Of a stretch of 64,000 nt of DNA, positions 1 to 9,600 are shown one piece after another. Origin of the DNA: Perna viridis (lineage: Eukaryota); assembly GCA_037379345.1 (NCBI GenBank), contig CM074524.1:3445635-3509634 (forward strand), written 5' to 3'. The position numbers and the translations under genes were made by a program. Positions within the stretch are counted from its first letter, which is position 1. Every line of letters begins with the position of its first letter. Below the pieces are notes generated by a model. It worked only from the letters and a program-made list of their open reading frames with translations, had not been told where the DNA came from and did no database searches.

Positions 1-1499
1 TAATCATACCAATATAAATGAAATGTCATTACTTATTTTATCAGTCTTCACTCCGAAAACTTCTGTATGGAATGCTTTTCAAAAATAAGCTGTTTCCCCA
101 CATCTTATTTGTTAGTAATTTTATCCAATTGAGTCTTACGTTTTAACATGAGAAATAAATCTATTATATGATGGAAATACTTGAGTCAGAAAAATTATGC
201 AAACTATCCTTAAAAACAAGAAAAAAAAAATTTTGGAATTATATGAGTTATTTATTGCAAACAATGCAAAATAAAATAGAAATTTCCAATTTTCGTTGGG
301 GGAAAAAATCAATCTAAGTACATAATTAGAAGCCATAACATCCGTAATATTAGCTACAAACACTAAACATAAATTTTCTCATTGAAGACATGCACAATTA
401 TAATTCTATCTACCACTAAATGACTTCATTTACAATATTATCATACAGTGAAACTAATTACATATTTACAATCAATTCTAACTACAGAACTCTTGACTAT
501 GATCGAATTTTCTCCAATCAAAAACAGAACAGAATCTATTTCAAATAACATTCAATCATATTTATTAATCAGTGTGATATGATACTGTTCCTAAGCAGAC
601 CTTGTTGCCAGAAGAACGTATAAAACACTGATCTTAGAAATTTCTCAACTTTATGGCATCAATGCTGAAACAAGTATAAAAAGAATAACTTTGCCATGAT
701 GAAGTTGCGAATTTTCTTAGACCTAAAAGTTTAGTGTTCTAAGACACCCAGGTCAATGTGTGCTATACACTTCACTTCTAGTAAGCCTTGCCTAGTGCTA
801 ATTCTACCGCATATAATAAATGGTTTTTACCTCCTCATAATCAAGATTTCTGCAAAATTAATTGTAGAATATTCATAAACATCATCAAAGTACATAAATT
901 TAATTTTTTCAAACATCATTGTACACTTACATGTCATAAATTATGAACATTCAAATGTTTATTTTAAGATTAAATTGATTCAAACAAATAAGCAAGGAAG
1001 AAAATTATCTTGATACAAAAACATTAAATACGAGTCATTGTATACAACAAATTTTCTCTTACAAAAATCATCAAATTCAGACACAATCATACTTACCGTA
1101 ATTAATCATGAATTAACAAAAACAAAATATTACACTAAGATATTTTAGTTTATTTTCCCGTTGTTCCGTTGACGTCTGTTGATAAATAGGTCAATTAATA
1201 ATTTCTAAAACATTTAAACAAATGTAATTAGTGCATAAAAGCTGTTTCACAAATGAATTTTTCAGCAATACAAACAAAAAACCCAGGAAAATAGACTACT
1301 ACATTTTGTTAGCAATTACTGACAATTTCTGCACTATATTAACTTCATATTTACATTAACATGCAACTACACACAAATACATATGTGAAAACAACTGTAC
1401 CATCTAATTCATATCATGACGAGAGTTGTTCATGAAAATAAAATGACAATCTATGTGGGGTAATTTGTGAGACTTATCTACCTTCAACAAACCAACTGC

Positions 1500-1667
1500 C
1501 CTGAACCCGATTTCATAAAAATCTCTAAAGTTGAGAATTTCCTCAAATCTTTGAGTTTTACCTCAATATCTAATTTCAAGTAATCTGATTGGTCAAAATT
1601 TTAGTTGAGGAAAAATTTGAGGCAACTCTCAATTTGAGAATTTTTTTTTTACAAAATCCAGGCCTGG
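1500..1667. mobile_element. Short palindromic MITE; related copies at 63411-63552 and 54782-54924
   Basis: Shared tttcataaaaa.atctc..a.ttgagaattt.ctcaa...aatttcaagt.atctgat.ggt, with inverted internal symmetry. Confidence 0.6.
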
Positions 1668-3362
1668 AGCATTTAATTCACATTAATTTGCACATTTAAA
1701 TATAAATCCATCAATTGATACTTGTACTATCTCGCTGCACGCAAAAACACCTCATGTCAATGCAGCAGAAATAGCTGAGCAGTTCCAACTGAAAGTCCAT
1801 TTGTCTCACTAAATCACATAAAAATGTATATTTGAAACTATAACATTAATAAACTTCTTTTTGTAAAGTACCAATAGTTAATGAGATTTATACAACACAG
1901 CTCTGGGTTATTTATCTACTGGACAATTCTACATTTGCCAGGAAACAATATGTACCATTTACACATGTGAACAACCCCTTTTTAACATGCTAACTAACAC
2001 GTCTCAATAATCTTGTCTACCATTTAAAATTGAGGGTATCACTTAATGACTTTCTTGGTAACTAAAATTCAAAATCTGTTTATTTACATCAATAATAGAG
2101 AATACAATAATTGTCCATTTAACAATGTGTTACTTTTCCAGATATGACGGATATTTTTGCATAAACAGCATAATTAAATGTATTGTATTGTCATCAGAAG
2201 ACAACATTATTTCTGTCAATATAATGTTTACAACATGACATTTCTTTTTTGTAAAAATCAATTGAACATCAAAACATTTCAAAACAACATCTACAAATAT
2301 ATATATACATCTAAAAGGTGGTTTGTGTGGTCATGCTGTTTTACTTACAATATCATGAATGATACCGTTTGGTTGGCCATTACCAACACCAGAAGACTAA
2401 AATATATGAAAATAACAAATAACTTTCATTTGAACTAAAACGCAGTTCTTTCACCCTCAAGTTAATACATAAGCACTAAGTATACATAGGAAGATTGATA
2501 CATGCATGTACATGCGAAAGCTCTATATACCTAAAGCAAATTTTTCTTGGAAAATGGCACTGTTCAAGATCATTTTAAATCGAACTGAAATTAAGCTAAT
2601 GAACATATAATCTACAGTATATATGAAACCAAACATTAATTTTTTTTTTCGAATAAACAACAGTAGTAGGCATATAGGAACATTACAAACAATAGATGAT
2701 TAACATACATAAATTGTTTTAAAAGACCACAGCAAATAAAATGTGAAATTTAGTACATAAACAGTGCCATAACTTGTGGATCTGGTTTGTGATATCAATG
2801 AAAATGTCCAATCAGCAGATTCTAAAACAGAGCACCGATTCTCTAAATATTTTAAATGTAGTGAAAACATTTTACAAAGTGTTGATATAAGTTCTACTTC
2901 AATAATTAGAATGAATACAGTAAAGTTCTCTGAAGATGGACAATATTTCAAACCAGATCCTACAATTCAAATGCAAGATGTAAATAAACATGTTAAAGGT
3001 GACTAAAGTGATCTTGCTAAGCCCCTGAGAAACAACCAATGAAAATCATCGATATTCGGTGTACTACCATGTTATTTCTCAATATACATTGTTTGAACAA
3101 GCTTCTTCAAATCCCCCTCGTTATACTAAAAAATATAAGAATCACATTGTTTCCACTGTAGAAACCTTATAAATACAACAGCCATACTTCTTTTTCTGAT
3201 ATAACATAGATGCCAGGCACGATTTAAGTTTGTGGGGTTATACTGCCAACAATATTCAAAACTGACTTTTTTTTTGTATCAGCGAATACCTTTTGATGAA
3301 AACATTTAAAAAGCCATTACACAAGCTGCATATAAAGACAAACTAGGTTTGCAAAAGCAATA

Positions 3363-3368
3363 TTTATT
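3363..3368 (-). promoter_or_regulatory. Candidate polyadenylation signal AATAAA
   Basis: Plus-strand tttatt about 330 nt past the stop codon. Other candidates lie at 561 and 251, and the hexamer is common in AT-rich DNA. Confidence 0.3.
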
Positions 3369-3698
3369 GATATATAATTGATTAGATCAATCATTAATTG
3401 TTTTACAAATTTAAAGTAGCTTGTTCAATTAACTACCATGTTCAGAGTGCAAGACAATTTTTTTCTACCAAACAGATATGATATAAGAATGCCACCTGAA
3501 CCAAAAAAGTGCTTAAGAGGAGAAACTAAGAAGCAAACCAAAAGAACCAAGGAAAATTAGTAATATACAAGGGTTCACTAAGCATGTTGGATATACATGG
3601 AAAGACAAGAAAGGAAGTAGCAATGCCAGTATGACAATAGTTGAGACTAGTGGTGTGTATCCTAAATATAAAGACCAAGATAAAGGTTTCAAACAATT

Positions 3699-6600
3699 TT
3701 ACATTTCTGGAGGACTTGTTAACTCCCTATGCCTTGTTAGGTAACCTTTAACTCCAGCATGCAAAAATGGCAGGGCAGTTTCATCAAATATAGACTTATC
3801 ATCCATGTCCATCTTAGAAATTTTCAGCAGTCGCTTTGAATATGTTTTATTTCGTAACAGAAAACCTCTAAAAGCCGCCTGTAAAATGAGTAAGGATTCC
3901 TCTTTAAGAATAGCACTGTTTTGAATCTCATTTACGATCCTACGTGAGAATGTTTCTACTGATAACTCACTGTCATCATGAGAGTTACGTGTAACATCTG
4001 ACTGCTTTCGGTTTGTTTCGTGACTGGAGAAGGCTTCTGTCTTTTCCATTGGACTGATAGGGTACTCAATATCAGGGTCAACAAGGTCAGTTGAAACTGG
4101 GGAAGGTTCTTCAAATCGGCTACGATGTGTGTCTATATCATGTCTTAAGTATGAGTCTATTACTGTTGTTGTACCAACATGAAGATTTAGTTGCATATTA
4201 GGTGAAGGCTCTTCAAAGCGTCTATTTTCGTTTCTTACATCTTTACTAACCTGTTTATCAGTCTCATGCAAAGGAAATGGTTCATCATACCTCCTTAATG
4301 GACTTGGTTCTTCATATCTCCTGAAAGGAGATGGTTCTTCATGTCTCCTTAAATGTGCATCTGGAAGAGAGGATATTTCATCCAATTGTCTATGAGATGA
4401 ATGAAGAGCTGGGCTTCCTGCACTCCTTACAGGAGGTGAAGGTTCTTCAAATCGACGTCTGTCACTATCAAATCTCTCTTCTTCGAGACCTTCATGAAGA
4501 AAAAGAGATGGCTCCTCATACTGATTCAAAGGTCTGTGAGACTGTTGAGGTGTTTTGTACCTGGTAGATTCTCGACTACGGTACAGGTACTGTACAGGTG
4601 TATTATTTTCTTTCTGTCTTTCTGATTTTGCTGATTTACTATGCAGAATGTATTGAATCTTTTCGTCTTCCTGTTTGGTATTTTCTTCTTCAATTTCTTT
4701 GTCTGAGTGTTGTCGGTGATACGAAACTCGGACAGGAATATCTTCACTGACAAATGTTGATTCCCCACCATCATAAAATGAAGGTAAAATTCTATCAACA
4801 GTTTCATTATTCTGTTTTTCAAAGGAACAACTTATCTTAACCATATCAGGATTGTTCACAAATGGGGGAGGAGTGGGATGTTTTGGGAAAAATACTACAA
4901 CAGAAGAAGTTTCATTGTCATACTGGCACAACTTATGGGTTAACCTGCGAGTTAAATAGCCCCTGAAGAAAGATTGCAGATGTGAAGCAGCCATAAAGCG
5001 TGAACGTTCATGAAAAAATTGTTGAGATGGTTTAGTGGATTTTCTACGCCTAGACAGTAAGCTACGAAAACTCTCTTGCAAATGGGAAAAAGAGTCCACA
5101 TGAGCGATAGTCGAGCACGCAGTAGGGATAAATTGTTCCTTATGTTTATCTGCATCGATCACAAAAGTATGTTCTCTATGAACATTTGATAACGAAGCAT
5201 GATGTCCACTTGTGAGAGGTCGAACCGAACTGATTTTCCCAGTTGTAATCAAATCAAAATTTTCAGCTGAACCTTGAACAAACAAAGGATCTTTTCCATC
5301 AACTGCAACATTCCTATAAGGAACTGTCTGGGCCATTAGTTTTCTCCGAGACAAATATCCTCTGACATGGGACTGTATTTGAGTTGTTGCTTTTGACTTT
5401 TGTAACCAAACCTCATTTTTGTGCTGAAATTTCATAGTTTCATATTTATTTCTTTGTGAGTAACTACGATAACATGATTGAATTCTTACAGCAGCTGCAT
5501 GCATTTCAGCTTCATTTTTTAGTTTGACTGAAACTTCTTTACGAACAAGATATCCCTTAATGCTAGATTGCAACAATTCGAGTGCCAAATGTCTAGCTTG
5601 TAACTGAACATCCCTTCTCACTTTATATCCACGGAAATAAGATTGAACTTTAGTGGCAGCTAAATTTTTACGTTCAGTAGCAAGCGTTTCGAATTGTTGC
5701 CTTGCTTTAAAGCCACGGTACTCAGACTGGATTCTTGTAACAGCTCGTTTTTGCTCAAGGTAGCCCTTTCGAGATAAGTAACCACGAACTCCAGCTTGAA
5801 TTTTGGAGGCACAGCTGCTTTGTCTACTTATATTAGCTGAAATATTTCTCCTTGTTAGAAAACTCTGAAATTCTATCTGCAGTTCTGAAGCGGCTTTATG
5901 GTACCTAGCAAGGGCTGCTACTTTGCGTCGACAAATATGCCATCGCTCAACATATGCCCTAAAGCCTGACTGCAATACAGTAGCAGCAACGTCACATTTC
6001 AGTATTTGATGAAGTTTAACAAACGCAACTCTCCTGAAAAGGTACCCATGAAAAGATGCTTGGACCTTATCCAGAGAGTCTACGTAACCTAGCCTATTCA
6101 CAGGATTATCTTGACGCCAAAAATCCATTATCAAACGTTTATTTATGTCTCTACGCGCTAAAAAAGCACGCACATTTGCTTGAAGGAACAACAAAGCATC
6201 CGCTCTTTGTTCGTTTACCTTAATTCGATTGACTTTTTTCCTATCTCTATAACCACGATATCTTGCTTGTATTTTTGTTGCGGCATTGTCACGTTCGTGA
6301 ATGAGACCTAAAATGTCCATCACTTCTTCCTGCGCTACAGAACGAAGATGTAACAACTGTTTTGTATTTTGTCGTTTCTGTATGCGTCTCCGCACTAAAA
6401 ATCCCCTTGCTGCTGCCTGCATGAGGGTTACAGCATCAGTTTTCCCATCTAACCTCTTACTCTGAAATTTAGTGAAGTAGTTCGAATTAATAAATTTTCC
6501 CCTCCCATATATCCTACCACCACCAAAACAGGATTTGATAGTGTTTAGTTTTGAAACATACCATGATAACTCATTTTGTCTGGATTTTGAAGGTTGCAGA

Positions 6601-9600
6601 AAAGTGTTAATGAAACAGTTGTCAAATTTCTGCCTAAATAAGAACCCTCTAACACTTGCTTGAAGATGACTATGCAAATATATTTTCAACGACTTGGGGC
6701 AGGATGATTGTTTATCTACAGAAGACATGCTTTTGTAACAAGAACTTAAACTATTGACCAATTTGTGGGCTTTGTATGCAGCTTGGAGTATTCTTCCATC
6801 CTTAAGTTTTGAATTTATTTTATTTTCTTCATCATAGTTACACTTATTTATATCAAAAATGTCATTGCAAGTTTGTTGAAATTTGGTATTGCAGTTCAAT
6901 GAAGAAGCATTTGAACAGGAATCCTTTTTCAAACGCATGCTCTGTACAGACAGATTTTTAAAATTAACATTGTCTGAACTCTTTGCATTTTCTACCAACT
7001 CAACAACCTTTCTAGCAGATTCTTGTCTCACTATTGGAATTTCAATTTCTTCTTTTATTGAGAACAACTTATCAGTGCTCCTTGAAAAAGACCTTGACAT
7101 TTTACTTCCTGACCTTGACACAACTGATCTCTCACAGTTCGTTTCATTTTTAACAACAGTTACAACTTCACTGAAATCACCAATATCAGATCTGCTCGCT
7201 TTCTCAACAAAATAATCATCATCAATTTCAGATTTACTTTTAACAATTTCAAGAACTGATTCAACGTCTTTTTGAACAGTACAATTTGTATTGCTCCAAA
7301 CTCCACAATCATCTGTTCGTTCAACAGAATTCATTGATACAGTGGCACCCTGTAGGCTATGACCACTAACAAACCCAGATTCAACAGAAAACTGTGCGTG
7401 ATCACTATCAGAATCTAAAAAACCTTTCTGCTCAGACTTTGTTTGAGGTGAATATGAAAAATTACCAAATTTATGGTAGCTATCCTGACAATTGTCTGTC
7501 TTATTCTCCTCAGTATTACTATGAACATTTTGAATCTCATTAACAAATCTTGCACACAGAACCCCCTCTAAGGCTGACACTATATAATGTACATTATTAT
7601 CATTTAATTCCCTAAGTTGTTTCTTGTGCTCCCGCCTTGTTTTTCTGGCCTTTAAAGCAGCCTGGAGTTTTGTAACGGCAGTATTCAAATCCATTTGAGA
7701 AGGGTTAGTTTTTTGTTTACATTTAACGAAGATTCCTTTAACAGTTGAACTATGTTTTATTGGAGAAACCTTACAAGACTCTATGATAAAATGTTCATCA
7801 TGCTTTATTTGAAGTCTGGTTAGTTTACCCTTAAATCTAGCTTGTAAATCATCAACAGCTTTTAATTTCTTTAACAAAACCCTTGCTCTATAACCTTTGT
7901 AATAAGATTGAATTTTTACTGCTGCAATTTCACATTCATGTTCAACCCTTGACTTCTTACATATAACCCTTGACTTATAACTTCTAAAATACCACTGAAT
8001 TTTCACAGCTGCTGCATTTAGTTTTTGATTCTGAGGGGTGACATTTAACGCGTCAGTTTTTACTCTTGACCTATGACCTCTAAAGATAGATTGAATTTTC
8101 ACGGCTGCTTTGTTTCTTCTTTTATTTTCCAAATTGGACTTTAAATCATGGAAGATAACCCTTGATCGACGACCTTTAAAAATTGACTGAATTTTAATAG
8201 CTGCTTCATTTGGCTTTTTAACGTCAAGTTCAGCCTTCATTTTTTGTTTTAAAATCCTTGTCATATGATGTCTAACGAAAGACTGCATTTTCAAAGCCGC
8301 CTTATTACGATTATCCTTCATTTCATTATACTCCCGACGCGACATATAACCCCTAAAAATAGTCTGAATTTTAATAGCTGCATCATTTCGTGTTTTTCTT
8401 TCATGATTTAGTTGCCATGAGTAACAACTGTGGGAGGTTTTTAGAATAAAATCGACCATACTTCTAGCCTCGTCATTTAAACATTGTTTTAAATTGCTCT
8501 GTCTTATTCTATATTTTCTGAATGTGGTCTGAATTACAGATGCAGCTTTTTCTATCTTCCACTGTCGATTTCGACTCCACCTACCCCTAATAACTGACTG
8601 AAGCTTTGTAGCCGCATCATTCCTTATTTTAACTTTTTTACAGAGCCATAATCTAAAAGTCTTTTGAATAATTGAAGCAGCTCTAATTTTCATTAGCATA
8701 TTTTCCCTGTAAGTCTTGAAATGTCTCAGTATAATATTTGCAGCCTCATTTCTTTTATCATTTTTCACTCTCATGTACTTTACAAAAGCTTTTTGTATTA
8801 AAATAGCTGCTTGGTTCTCGGTATCTTGACATGCATTTCTTTGTTTTTCTTTAAAAAATGCTTTGAAACTTCTTTGAATAACCCTACAAGCCTGTTCCCT
8901 ATCCACGCCTGTCTGTACTTTTAATACCGATTTTTCAGTGTTTTCTTTGATACTTTTGAAGTTTTTATTTACTAGGGCCTCATCAGTTCCACTTTTCTCA
9001 GCCAACATATGAAAACTGTTTCTTCTACCAATGAAAGCATGGAAAGCTGCTTGTACAACGGTGGTTGCCGTTTCTGTCTTCCCTTTTTTGTATTCCTTAA
9101 ATGCGGACTGAATAGTCTGTGCAGCTATATTATTGACATTACTTTCAGGACTTAGCAACTCTTCATTTTGACATTTAGGATTCTTCAACATTTCTTTAAA
9201 AAGAGAAGTTTTATCTTCATCTTCAATTTCTTTCCCTATCAAAGTTATGTCTTTTTTTAACTCCCCATCCACTATTTCAATTCTAGACACTGCCCCAAAA
9301 GTGACTTGTTTTTTGACAGTTAGACGACTATTTACTTTATTATCCTTTCTAACAAGATAACCCCTAAAAATTGCTTGAATTTTAGTTGCTGCATCAGCAC
9401 GCCAAATATCCTGGACTTCAATATCATCTTCCATGATTTGATATTCTAGACGTTTACGGCATATCATACCCCTAACTGCAGCTTGTAAATTTGTGACATC
9501 ATCAATGTTTGTTTCCAATCGAATTTTCAAAAATGACCAAAACCTAGACAGAAAAGATTTTACTGAAGCTTGCAGATATGTGGTAGCCAAATGCTTCACT

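Noticed and set aside
2178-3006. Short ORFs downstream of the giant exon
   Set aside because: No recognisable motifs; probably 3' UTR or intron of the minus-strand gene.
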